A DNA stretch of 50,704 nucleotides, taken from positions 1 through 50,704 of IMG/VR virus record IMGVR_UViG_3300022173_000136; one strand, 5' to 3'. The DNA comes from a virus. Taxonomy: Duplodnaviria; Caudoviricetes. Of this stretch, positions 16,052 to 26,400 are shown in pieces. The position numbers and the translations under genes were made by a program. Under the pieces are notes generated by a model. It was given only the letters and a program-made list of their open reading frames with translations. It was not told where the DNA came from and searched no databases. The first letter of the stretch is position 1; every line of letters begins with the position of its first letter.

Positions 16052-18574
16052 ATGGCGAGCCTCATCTCGGCAGCGACAGGCAATTTCACTGCCGCCGGCT
16101 CGTGGGGAGTCGTCGGCAGTCCCGGCGAGATCGACTCGGAAGCCGGGACTGTTGCTATCAGCACGTCGAATATCGACAGCCCGGTCTTCACGCCAGGAGC
16201 AACCGCCATTGACGGTATCGCGCTGAAGATGTCGGCGCGCGCCGCGAGTCCTTCCGGCACGTTCACAGTCACCCTCCGCAACTCGACGACGGCTACCGAT
16301 GTGCTTTCGGTCACGGTCAACGTGAGCGACCTTCCTTCCGTCGCCGGCAGCAAACCGGAATGGGTCTTCTTCAAGTTCGGATCGACCACCACGCCGAACG
16401 GCACCGACTCCTACGTCGTGCGTGTCGTCTGCTCGACGACTGGCTCCCAGGTCACGCTCTACCGCTCGACCTCGGGAACCAACAACATCAGCAAGAAGGT
16501 TCGCTTGACGACGACCGGCGCGCCGGCCGCGGGCGATCACTTGATTGTTTGCGCGCAGCTCCTCTCTGCCGGCTCCAGAACCGATGTCACGATCACGCTC
16601 GACAACACGGCGACGACGAGCTTCGGCCCGACCGTGTCCGGCGGCCCGCCTCAGGGCATGGTCATCAGCGGCTACGGAGTTCTGTCTTGCGGAACCACCG
16701 CGAGCACGGCTTATGCTCTGAAGATCAAGGGCGTGTTGCTCATCTCGGGAAGTGGCACGTTCAATTGCGGCTCGAACGGCTCGGAGCTTCCGGCCTCGTC
16801 GTCGCTGACCGTCACGTTCGATTGCGTGGCGAACGTCGACAGCGGGCTTGAGTGCGTCGGGACGCTCGGTATCTTCGGCGCTCCGAAGACCGCTTGGACG
16901 ACGCTCACGGCGGACGCAGCGGCCGCGGCGACAACCATATCGGTTGCAGACAAGACCGGATGGGCGGACTCTGACGAGCTATGCTTCGCGCCAACCGGGA
17001 ACAATACGACCGAAGGCGAGAAGAAGACCATCAATAGCGCCGCGACGCCGACGCTGACCGCGGGCTTGACCTATGCCCACAGCGGGACCTCGCCGCGCGC
17101 CGCGGAAGTCGGCAACCTCACCAGGAACGTGCTCTTCACGGGCGCGAGCAGCTCGCTCCGCGGGTACCTCTACTTCGGACCCTCCGCCGGCGGGACGATG
17201 CGGCACTACAAGATTACACATTGCGGCACCGGAACCACCAACAAGCGTTGTATGGACGTGCAGACGACAGCGGTTTCCGCGGGCTTGAACCTTGAGGACT
17301 GGGTAGTCGTCGACCTCGGAAACAACGTGTCCGAGTGCGTGCGAATCTCCGGCTCTGCCTCCGACAAGTTCTACATTCGGCGCGGCATCCAATACAACTG
17401 CAATCGCGAAATCATCAACCTCGCGGCGGCGACCACCGGCACGGACTGGGAGGTTAGCTCTTGTCTGAGCGTTGGCGTGAACGGGGCGCATGATGCGTTG
17501 GGCCGCTTCGTGTTTGTCGATTGCGGCGGCATCATCAAGAACAATGTTTGCAGCGGAGCTACTCAGGATGTCGTCGCTATTGCCTTCTCCGATGCCGGCT
17601 CGTTCACCCTCGACGAAACGAACCACGGCGGCAACGTGTCGCACAACAACGCTTCTATCGGCATCACCATCGGGACCACCGGCTCGACGTACTCGGGCAC
17701 GCTCGCGAACCTCAGATGCTACTTCAACGGCCGGCAAGGAGTGACGTTCGCTGGATCGGCGCTCAATGTTGTGCTGAAGACGCCGGCACTCTTCGGGAAC
17801 CTCGGCGGCAATGGCGGAAATCTGAGCTTCGTAGGGCCGTTCGCCGTCATGACTGTTCTCGACGGCTATATCGCGAACACCTCAGTCCGCACGGCTCCGC
17901 TCGGCGCAACCTTTGGCGGAGCGGCGACGTTCTCCTACGCGCGCGTGACCTTCCGCAATACTACCTTCGGCGTGTCGTCGGGCATCCTCTCGGGACACTC
18001 GACGGCAGACTTCGGCTATGACACTGGCGGCAACAATACGCTTGCCGTCGTCCTGATCGCGCTCGACAACGTGACGCTTGCATCGTCGACGTTTCTTCAA
18101 AGCGGATTCCTCACCACGACGCCGCTCAATGACGAAAGCAAGCTGACCTCGCAGAAGCACAACGCGACCGAGGACGATCATCGGCACTACGTCCGGTACG
18201 GCGTGGGGCAGATTGACGCGGCCGTCTACCAGACCGCGGCACCATCTCAGAAGCTCACGCCGAACAGCGCGTCGGGCAAGCTGCAATCGTCCGTCTTCAG
18301 GAAGCCCGGAAACGATGGCGGCACCGTCACAATCGAAGTGGCCGTTCGGAAGAACGCATCGTACAACGGCAACCAGCCGCGCTTGATCCTGAAGGCGAAC
18401 GCGGCTATCGGAATCGGAACCGCCGACATTGTGTGTGACACGATGACCGTCGGGCTCTCGACGTGGGAGACGCTGACCTACACCACCGGGACGCTCACTG
18501 ACGACGGTATCCTTGAGTTCTATGTCGATTGCGACGGCACCGCAGGGGCGATCAATGTCGATGACTGGGCGTAG
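16052..18574 (+). CDS. Tail fibre/spike with probable G8-like and beta-helix regions
   Basis: 840 aa, T/S/G-rich; AEVGNLTRNVLF motif followed by N/G-rich repeats. Confidence 0.7.
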   Translation: MASLISAATGNFTAAGSWGVVGSPGEIDSEAGTVAISTSNIDSPVFTPGATAIDGIALKMSARAASPSGTFTVTLRNSTTATDVLSVTVNVSDLPSVAGSKPEWVFFKFGSTTTPNGTDSYVVRVVCSTTGSQVTLYRSTSGTNNISKKVRLTTTGAPAAGDHLIVCAQLLSAGSRTDVTITLDNTATTSFGPTVSGGPPQGMVISGYGVLSCGTTASTAYALKIKGVLLISGSGTFNCGSNGSELPASSSLTVTFDCVANVDSGLECVGTLGIFGAPKTAWTTLTADAAAAATTISVADKTGWADSDELCFAPTGNNTTEGEKKTINSAATPTLTAGLTYAHSGTSPRAAEVGNLTRNVLFTGASSSLRGYLYFGPSAGGTMRHYKITHCGTGTTNKRCMDVQTTAVSAGLNLEDWVVVDLGNNVSECVRISGSASDKFYIRRGIQYNCNREIINLAAATTGTDWEVSSCLSVGVNGAHDALGRFVFVDCGGIIKNNVCSGATQDVVAIAFSDAGSFTLDETNHGGNVSHNNASIGITIGTTGSTYSGTLANLRCYFNGRQGVTFAGSALNVVLKTPALFGNLGGNGGNLSFVGPFAVMTVLDGYIANTSVRTAPLGATFGGAATFSYARVTFRNTTFGVSSGILSGHSTADFGYDTGGNNTLAVVLIALDNVTLASSTFLQSGFLTTTPLNDESKLTSQKHNATEDDHRHYVRYGVGQIDAAVYQTAAPSQKLTPNSASGKLQSSVFRKPGNDGGTVTIEVAVRKNASYNGNQPRLILKANAAIGIGTADIVCDTMTVGLSTWETLTYTTGTLTDDGILEFYVDCDGTAGAINVDDWA

Positions 18575-18576
18575 CG

Positions 18577-19980
18577 ATGATTCAATACTGGGGCAACGGC
18601 GAACCGCAGCGCGGGAAATCCAACAACGGAGCCATGCTCTATTGGGGGAGCGGCGAGCCGTCCGGCCAGCTCTTCTCTTCCAACGCCGACTACCCGGAGT
18701 CCTTCTCCGTCGGCTCCACCCTTAGCCTCTCCGTTCCGACGCAGCTCGCGGCCGTCGATGCCTTCTCGATCGCTTCGACGTTCTCGCCGGCACAGGTCAC
18801 GCAGCTTGCGGCCGTCGAAGCCTTCAGCGCCGGCGTCGTCATCGAGCCGTTGCCGCGCATCGACGGAGTCAACTTCCCAGGCGAACTCACCATCGCGGCA
18901 ACCGTCGCGACTTCTCTGTCCGCCATCGTGGGACACGCTCTCCCGTTCACCATCGCAAGCAGTTACTCTCTGTCGTTGGCGACGCAGCTCGCGGCCGTCG
19001 ACGCGATCACGGCCGGAGCCGTGTTCGACCTCGTCTACCACGCATCGCAGCCGTTCCATGAGTCCTTATCGTTCGGCACGACGCTCGACGCCACCTTCGC
19101 CGCGCAGCTCGCAGCAACCGGAGCCATCACCGCCGGAGTGTCGCTCGCGCTCGTCTACGCGACGCAGCTCGCGACCTTCCCGTCGCTCGACGCGGGAGTC
19201 AGCATCACATCGGGCATCGCGGGAATGGCGAACATGCCGGTTGCCTTCGCTGCCGGCGTCGAGCTGGAGCAAGCCGCGGCGTTCGGATACGCGGCCGCCT
19301 TCTCGTTCGGAGCAGAGTTCGACGCGACATTCCCGGCCGTAAGACTCGATGCTTCTGGAGCCGTTTCGCTCGCGGTCACGCTTGCCGCCTCCAGCGCCTT
19401 GACGCTCGCGGCTATCGGCAGTGTCAGCGTTGGAGTCGAGTTCATCGTGCCGCCGGACGGCCAGTTCTTGCGCGCCAACGTAGCGTATAACATTGCCCTA
19501 ACAATGGCATTGTTATTCGACACCGCGGCCGTCGTCGCGCAGCTCTACGCCGACTCGTTCACGGTCGCCATGACCGAAGGCGTGAGCTTGACCGGCAACG
19601 CCGGCTTCAAGGACGCCATCAGCGCCGGCGTCGTCTTCTCCATGAGCGCGACGCCTATCGGGAACATCCCGGAAGGGCTCACGTTCGGGACATCGTTCGA
19701 GGTCGCCCAGGCAGCGCAGCTCGCCGCGGTTGCGGCCATCAGCGCCGGAGCCGTGCTGTCCGCGGATATCATCGGAGGCCGCCGGTACCCCGAGGAGATG
19801 ACGCTCGCCGTGGGCGTCGCCTCGGCCTTCATTCCGTTGACGGGGCATGGCGGCCCAGGCATCTTTATCACCGACGAGGACGGGACTCCCGGCGTGTTTA
19901 TGTCGGTCAGTTCCAGCACTCCCGGAATCTTCTTGCCGAGCGAGGACGACACCCCCGGAGTGTTCAAGCCGCAGAGCTAG
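18577..19980 (+). CDS. Repeat-rich fibre-like structural protein
   Basis: QLAA(V/T)xA(F/I)(S/T)AG repeats; four C-terminal PG(I/V)F repeats. Confidence 0.65.
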   Translation: MIQYWGNGEPQRGKSNNGAMLYWGSGEPSGQLFSSNADYPESFSVGSTLSLSVPTQLAAVDAFSIASTFSPAQVTQLAAVEAFSAGVVIEPLPRIDGVNFPGELTIAATVATSLSAIVGHALPFTIASSYSLSLATQLAAVDAITAGAVFDLVYHASQPFHESLSFGTTLDATFAAQLAATGAITAGVSLALVYATQLATFPSLDAGVSITSGIAGMANMPVAFAAGVELEQAAAFGYAAAFSFGAEFDATFPAVRLDASGAVSLAVTLAASSALTLAAIGSVSVGVEFIVPPDGQFLRANVAYNIALTMALLFDTAAVVAQLYADSFTVAMTEGVSLTGNAGFKDAISAGVVFSMSATPIGNIPEGLTFGTSFEVAQAAQLAAVAAISAGAVLSADIIGGRRYPEEMTLAVGVASAFIPLTGHGGPGIFITDEDGTPGVFMSVSSSTPGIFLPSEDDTPGVFKPQS

Positions 19981-19999
19981 GGAATGGTACTATTTGCTC

Positions 20000-20932
20000 A
20001 TGACCTACGGAGCTATCAGACTTCGCCTTTCTAAGCTCGCTCCGAGCGTGGCGGCCGACTTGGAGCTTCTCGACGGCTGGCTGAACGACGTTTACCAGGA
20101 GATCCTCGACCGGCTCCCGTGGAAGCGTTCGGAAGCCGACTTCGTCTTTCAGGCTCCGCAGTCCTACGACACTGGCACCGTGGCGGCGACACAGGGCCTT
20201 GCAGCCATCACCGGCACCGGCACCGCATGGACGGCCGGCATGAACGGCCTCGTGATTCGCTTCGCCAACCAGGACGCCTACTATCAGCTCACGGTCACGA
20301 ACGGCACCGCAGCGACGCTCGACCGGCCCTACGAAGGGGCGACGGACGCGGCGCTCACCTACCGCATCGACCAACCCGTCTATGTCATGCCTTCAAATTG
20401 CCGCATTATTCGCGCAGTTGCTCCGATGCACGATAGGCTCAAGCCTCTGGAACTCATCACTCCGGCGGAGCTGGATCGTCGCTGCATCTCTCGCAACGAG
20501 TATGGAGTGCCGCGGTACGCCGTCCCCCACTGGGACAACTTCAGCGACCCGCCTCGGATGCAGCTCGAACTCTTCCCTATTCCCGACTCCCCGAACAGCG
20601 CCGGCGAGATTCCCTCGTGGGCCGTCGACTACGTCTTCGACCAAGCCGAGCTGGACCCGGATGTCACAGGCAAGACGCTCCTCCCGTGGGTCCGGCCGGC
20701 AGCGATCCTTGAGGGCGTACTAGCCAAGGTCCGCCGGCACGAAGAGAAGATCCAGCTCGCGCAGGAACACGAGCGGCAATTCGAGAAACTCGTCAAGGCA
20801 ATGATGATGACGAACGCGCTCCAGCGCGGCCCGCAAGAGATCCGCCTCGCGCCGGAACTTCGCCGGCAGACTGGCAAGTTTGCGGAGAACCCCTTTAGCA
20901 AAAACTTCGACGAGCTGGTTGACGACGAATAG
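20000..20932 (+). CDS. Head-tail adaptor-like protein 1 with an inserted beta domain
   Basis: Start 20000 (TG-G-TACTAT, 6 nt, ATG); WLNDVYQEI..PW, YVMPSNC, LELFPIPD adaptor-type motifs. Confidence 0.7.
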   Translation: MTYGAIRLRLSKLAPSVAADLELLDGWLNDVYQEILDRLPWKRSEADFVFQAPQSYDTGTVAATQGLAAITGTGTAWTAGMNGLVIRFANQDAYYQLTVTNGTAATLDRPYEGATDAALTYRIDQPVYVMPSNCRIIRAVAPMHDRLKPLELITPAELDRRCISRNEYGVPRYAVPHWDNFSDPPRMQLELFPIPDSPNSAGEIPSWAVDYVFDQAELDPDVTGKTLLPWVRPAAILEGVLAKVRRHEEKIQLAQEHERQFEKLVKAMMMTNALQRGPQEIRLAPELRRQTGKFAENPFSKNFDELVDDE

Positions 20933-20934
20933 CC

Positions 20935-21615
20935 ATGACTGGACTAGAGCTATCAGAACGAGTGATCGAGCGCGCCGGGGATGACCCGGCGCTCTTGCCG
21001 TCTCAGCAATACTACAAGCCGCAGGAAGCGCTCGCCTGCATCAATCAGGCGCAACGCCTCTTCGTGCTCATCTCCCTGTGTCTGGAGACGACCGCGAACA
21101 TGCAGCTTACCGGCGACCCGTTCTATCGCGCGCTGACCTTCTTCCCGGACTGGATTGTCCCGCTTCGGTTCCGGCTCCCAGGCGGAGCCAAGCTGAAGCC
21201 GAGCCGCCTTCGCGACCTCGCGGCGCTCGACACGCAATGGACGAACCGCGCCGGCACGCCGATCCGCTACACGCATTCCGGCTTCGACCTGCTCGGCTTC
21301 TACAAGCAGGATTCGAGCATCGTCACTGTGACCTACGCGCGCAGTCCGGCGGAGCTGATCTTCACCGCGGAACCGGAGATTCCCGAAGAGTACCAGCCGG
21401 CATTGATCGAGGGCGCCATCCCGATCATGCGCGCGAAGGAAGGGCAGCAGGAGTGGCAGAAGACTTTGCCGATGTGGGGCCGGTTCATGGAATCGGCGAG
21501 ACAATGCGCGGAAGCAGTTCGAGCGCGTAATCTGGAACAAGGGCTTGACCGCATCCCGGTTGAGATTCGGCGCTTCGACATGAGCGCAGTCCTGAAGAAG
21601 AAAGCGAGCAAATAA
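20935..21615 (+). CDS. Head-tail adaptor-like protein 2
   Basis: INQAQRLF..LAALDTQW..GTP..EPEIPEEYQPALIEGA. Confidence 0.7.
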   Translation: MTGLELSERVIERAGDDPALLPSQQYYKPQEALACINQAQRLFVLISLCLETTANMQLTGDPFYRALTFFPDWIVPLRFRLPGGAKLKPSRLRDLAALDTQWTNRAGTPIRYTHSGFDLLGFYKQDSSIVTVTYARSPAELIFTAEPEIPEEYQPALIEGAIPIMRAKEGQQEWQKTLPMWGRFMESARQCAEAVRARNLEQGLDRIPVEIRRFDMSAVLKKKASK

Positions 21616-21616
21616 C

Positions 21617-22729
21617 ATGGCCGACAACGTAAATATTACTCCCGGAAGTGGCGCAGTCATCGCGGCCGACGATGTCGGCGGCGTCGCATACCAGCTCATC
21701 AAGCTCGCCCTCGGCGGCAACGGCGCGGCCGACTTCGCTCCCGGCGACGCGACCTATGGCCTCGACGTGGACGTGACGCGCGTAGGCGGCCACGTGAGTA
21801 CGACTCCGAAGGCCGGCGAGACATGGCCTATCAGTGCGGCCGCGGCGATCCCGGTCAGCGACAATGCCAGCTCTCTCACGGTCGACGCGCCGGCGGCGAG
21901 CCCGGTTGCTGTGCGCTTGAGCGACGGCTCCGCCTTTATCGCCGGCCTGCCGGTCAGTGGCACCGTGACGGTCGAGCAGGGAACCGCGGCCGCGGCATCG
22001 AGCGGCTGGCCCGTCAAGCTCACGAACGGGACCGACATCGTCGGCATCACCGACGTAGGCGGCGCGAAGGCGATCAAGGTCGACGTTATCCAGTCCGTCG
22101 AAGGCTCGGCCAGCTCCGCGGATCTTGCGACGCTCGGCAACATCACGCCGATTGCCGGCCTGTACAACGAGTCCGCCACGGACCCGACGAGCGGCCAAGC
22201 TGGAGCCGTGCGGATCACGGCAGAGCGCGGCCTGCATATCAACCTTCGCAACGCCTCCGGCGCTGAAGTGGGCCTCTCGGCAGCTCCGCTCTACATCGCC
22301 GCGGCCGCCTCGCCGGGTACCTTCCCGGTCAGTGGCACGATCACTGCGAACCTGAAGGACGCGAGCAACGCAGCCTTCAGCGCCACGAACCCGCTTCCCG
22401 TGCTCGTCACAGGCACCGGCCGGACCCGCGTCACGAAGACCGCAACGCTCACGGCGAGCCAGACGGCCGTAGACCTGTGGACCCCGGCCGCCGGCAAGAA
22501 GTTCGTCATCACCAAGGTCATTGTCGCGATCACCGGAGCCGGCACACTGACCCTCTTCGATGGAACCAACACCGCGGCGAACAACGTCTTCGCCGGAACC
22601 CAGGCGACCGGCAACCGCGAGTACAACTTCATCGACCCGTTCCCGTCGGCGGCCATCAATACCGTGTTGCGTTGGACGACCGGAACCGGAACCGCCGGCG
22701 AGCTGACCGTCCACGGCTACGAGGAGTAA
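21617..22729 (+). CDS. Tail/virion structural protein
   Basis: MADNVNITPGSGAVIAADDVGGVAYQLIKL N-terminus recurrent in phage virion proteins. Confidence 0.7.
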   Translation: MADNVNITPGSGAVIAADDVGGVAYQLIKLALGGNGAADFAPGDATYGLDVDVTRVGGHVSTTPKAGETWPISAAAAIPVSDNASSLTVDAPAASPVAVRLSDGSAFIAGLPVSGTVTVEQGTAAAASSGWPVKLTNGTDIVGITDVGGAKAIKVDVIQSVEGSASSADLATLGNITPIAGLYNESATDPTSGQAGAVRITAERGLHINLRNASGAEVGLSAAPLYIAAAASPGTFPVSGTITANLKDASNAAFSATNPLPVLVTGTGRTRVTKTATLTASQTAVDLWTPAAGKKFVITKVIVAITGAGTLTLFDGTNTAANNVFAGTQATGNREYNFIDPFPSAAINTVLRWTTGTGTAGELTVHGYEE

Positions 22730-22732
22730 GAC

Positions 22733-23410
22733 ATGTTGCTCTTGTTGTTCGCGCCTCAACCTGCCGTCGCGCAGGTCGGCTATGCGAATCTGTCGCTGTC
22801 GCTCGACGATTGCTGGTTCCCGCTGAACGCGGCCAGCTCCGCCGACGCGCTCTTCTGGACGGCAGACGAGCTTATCGGCTACATGGACGAAGCGGCGAAG
22901 CGCCTCGCGCGCGTCGCCGGCGTCTTCGTCGAGCGCAACGAGTCGATTACTGTCACGTCCGGCCAGGGCAGCTACAGCCTGCCGGCGCGCCACATCGAGA
23001 CGCTTCAGGCGGACCTCGCGAACCGCACCTTGCGGCCGCGCAACGTGCAGCAGCTCGAAGCGCTCGACGCCGACTGGCCCGACACGCTCGGCGACGCCGA
23101 CAACGTGCCGAAGGCGTTCGTTCAGGACACGCAGGGCTTCGACAAAATCGCCATCTACCCGAAGCCATACGTTGACCCGGAGACGGTCGGCCTCGTGCGC
23201 TCGACCTTCCCGGAGACGCTCGAAGCGTCCGACTTGATTCTCCCGATTCCTCCGATCATGCGCGACTACTTCACGTTTGCGGCGCTCGCGTCGGCCCGCG
23301 CGAAGGAAGGGCATGGTTCAATGGACGAAGTGGTTCCGTGGCTCCGTAGTATCGTTGAAGTGTACGACCAAGCCGCAACCGGACTTTGGGGAACCACCAC
23401 GGGAGAATAA
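22733..23410 (+). CDS. Head-tail adaptor-like protein 3
   Basis: WTADELIGYMDEA..GQGSYSLP..LEALDADW..IYPKP. Confidence 0.7.
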   Translation: MLLLLFAPQPAVAQVGYANLSLSLDDCWFPLNAASSADALFWTADELIGYMDEAAKRLARVAGVFVERNESITVTSGQGSYSLPARHIETLQADLANRTLRPRNVQQLEALDADWPDTLGDADNVPKAFVQDTQGFDKIAIYPKPYVDPETVGLVRSTFPETLEASDLILPIPPIMRDYFTFAALASARAKEGHGSMDEVVPWLRSIVEVYDQAATGLWGTTTGE

Positions 23411-23415
23411 CGCAC

Positions 23416-26400
23416 ATGGCGCGAGCTGAAACTCAACGAATGATCTTCGGAGGGATGCAGCTCGCGGCTCCATCCGACAAACTCCCCGAGGGCGACTCGC
23501 TCATCATTCAGAACTTCAGCACGGACAAGAATAACCAGCTTGTCTCGCGCAAAGGCTCCGTAAAGGTGTGTGGTCCGATCGGCAGCGGCCGCTTCCATAC
23601 CCTCTTCCGCACCAACAACGACGAGTATGCCGGCATCGGCACCGGCCTCTATCACGGCCCGCAGCTCGGCTCCACGGTCGCGACGGGCTTCGACGGCGAG
23701 AAGCTCGGCATGACCGCCTACAACAATGCCGTGTGGGTCATGAACCGCGGGAAGCGTGCGCGCGTCGTCGGCACCGAGGAACACAAGTGGGGCGTCGAGG
23801 CTCCGAGCAACGCGCCATCGGCGACCGGCGGCGGCCAGCTCACGCAGACGCTCGACGAGTTCACCGGCGGCTCGACCGTGCTCATGGGCGTGGTGCAGAA
23901 GAAGGACGCCGACACAGGCGAGGAGCCCGAGCCGGTCTACGCGATGCAGGGCGGCTCGCCGGTCGACAACGACTACGCGGAAGCATCTTACGACGGCGAC
24001 GACGGCACGCTGAAGGTCAAAGTACTTTCGGCGCAGTCGCTCAGTTGCTACACCGAATCGGGCGGCTCGCTCATCGCCGGCAGCGAGCGGGACGACGACG
24101 TTATCCGCGTCAAAATCTTCTGTTCCAACCCGCGGGCGCTGGAGAGCGCGACCATCTTCGCGAAGAGCGGCAGCGGGTACGTCGAGTTCTCCATCACGGA
24201 CCCGGCGAAGTTCCTCAATCAAGCGATGGACTCGTGGACCGACGTTCGCATCCGTCGCCGGCTGAACCTCGACGACTACACGACGCGCATTCAGCAAGCG
24301 ACCGTCGACGGCAACCAGCAGACCATCTCCGACATTCAATCTCAGCTCGCCGTAGCGATCCAGACGCCGACGTTCGTCTACACCGGCGCAGGCTGGCCGC
24401 AGACCGGCATCGGTGCGGTTCCGCCGGCGAACTATCCGCCTTCCCAGGCGATGCTCGACATGTCGTGGGCCGGCATCTCGAAGTTCGGAGTCAGCTTCAA
24501 ATGCAAGGAAGCCGTCGTCGTCGGAATCGGCAAGGTCGACGCGGTAGGGACAGTGGGAGAGAACTCCAGTGGCGCGATCACCTATTGGTACAGCTACGTC
24601 AACATCTACGGCGAGGACTCGAATCCGTCTCCAGCATCGAACCCGGTTATCGCTGGAAATCAGACGATCACGGTCGGCGGCCTTGCGGCGTCGTCGGACC
24701 CGGACGTAGTTTCCAAGTACATTTGGAGATCCGGCGGCGGCCTCACGCAAGCCTACCGAGTCGCCGTAGTTGGCAACGCCGTCAGCTCTTGGGAAGACCT
24801 CACCACGAACGCCAGGGCGCAGGCCGACAACATCATCATGCCGATTGACCGCGACCTACCTCCGCCGGCTCGCGGCGTGGCAGGCCCGATCTATGGGAAG
24901 CTCATCGCCTACAGCTCCGACGCTCACCCGGCGCGCTACTGGTGGACCCCTGCCGGCCGCCCGTGGTGCTTCTTCGGCGCGGACGACGAGGAGGTCGGCG
25001 ACTGGGAAGACGCCGGCAATCACGACGACCCAATTCTCTTCATCACCGATCACCGGCCCGTGACGGTCATCTACAAGCAGCGCTCTATCTGGCGGCTCGT
25101 CGGCGACCCGGCCACATCTTCGCCATCGAAGACGAACGCCCAGGCGAGCGCGTTCGGAGAGTCCTCCGTCTGCAACGGTGGCGGCGTCGACTTCTACGCC
25201 GGACCCGAGGGCGTCTTCCGCTTCGACATGGACAACGAGACGAAGCTCTCGCGGGACATCGACCCCATCTTCAAGGGCGAGTACGTGCAGCTCTATGACG
25301 GGACTGTTCTCCCGCCGTTGTCCTACGATCACCAGAAGAAGACTTGCGTCGAACGAATCGGCGACCGCCTTCGTGTGAGCTATGTCGAGCACGGCTACAG
25401 CTCGCCGAACGTCGTCTTGATTTACGACCTCGCGAACGGCCGTTGGTATCGCGAGGAGTACACCAACCTGCAAGGCAAGGCGTTCTCGGCCATGCTGAAC
25501 GAGGGCTTCGGCGGCGGCCGCGGATTCATCGCCGGCGTCGACGGCGGCTACCTGTATCAGATTGAGCTGTACGGTCACTACCTCGACGACGGCCAAGCGG
25601 CGCGCGCGGTTTGGCAGAGCCGCTACTTCCATCAGGGCTTGCCGCACAACAACAAGGTGTATCTCGATCTTGAGGTAGACCTGCAAACGCGCTTCGGCTC
25701 TTCGCCGAACTCGCCGGTCGAGGTCTACATCCTGTACGACGACGGGACCCGCGTCTCGCTCGGGACCATCTCTTCGGCCTCGGCGACGAAGCCGCGGTTC
25801 AAGCACACGTTCCGGCTCATGAGCGCCGACGGCTCCGAAGTCGGGCGCACAGCGAAGAACTACTCCGTCCGCATCGAGTCCGACTTGCTCGGCATCATCA
25901 TCATCTACGGCGTCGCGATGCACTGGTATCCAGAAGAGCGCGAGGCGCGCTCTTACGACACCGGCCCGACGAACCTCGGCACCGAACAGGTAAAGCAGGT
26001 CGACCACGTCGAGCTGTTCATGACTGCATCCGGCCAGACACTCAAGCGGAACATTCATAGCGATCTTCCCGGCAACCTGCTCACCGTCCGGGAGTCGACG
26101 ACGTTCGCGGCTCCGAACGGCCGCGGCACAGAGCGCCGGCGACTGGACGACATCGTCGAAGGACGGAACCTCCGCTTCACGTTGAGCGATGCGCCGAGCG
26201 GAAGCCGGTTCCAAGTTCATCAAGCGCGCGTCCGCATGCGGACCATCGGCGAGTATCTCGATGGCAGCAAGGGCGAGTACTTCGAGTCGGCCGAGTTCAG
26301 CGTCGCGCCAGGGCGCGTCGCGGAGCTGAAGGACTTCCTGCTCGACTACGACACGGCCAGCTCGGGCGGCTACATTGAGCTGTTCACTGACCTACCGAGC

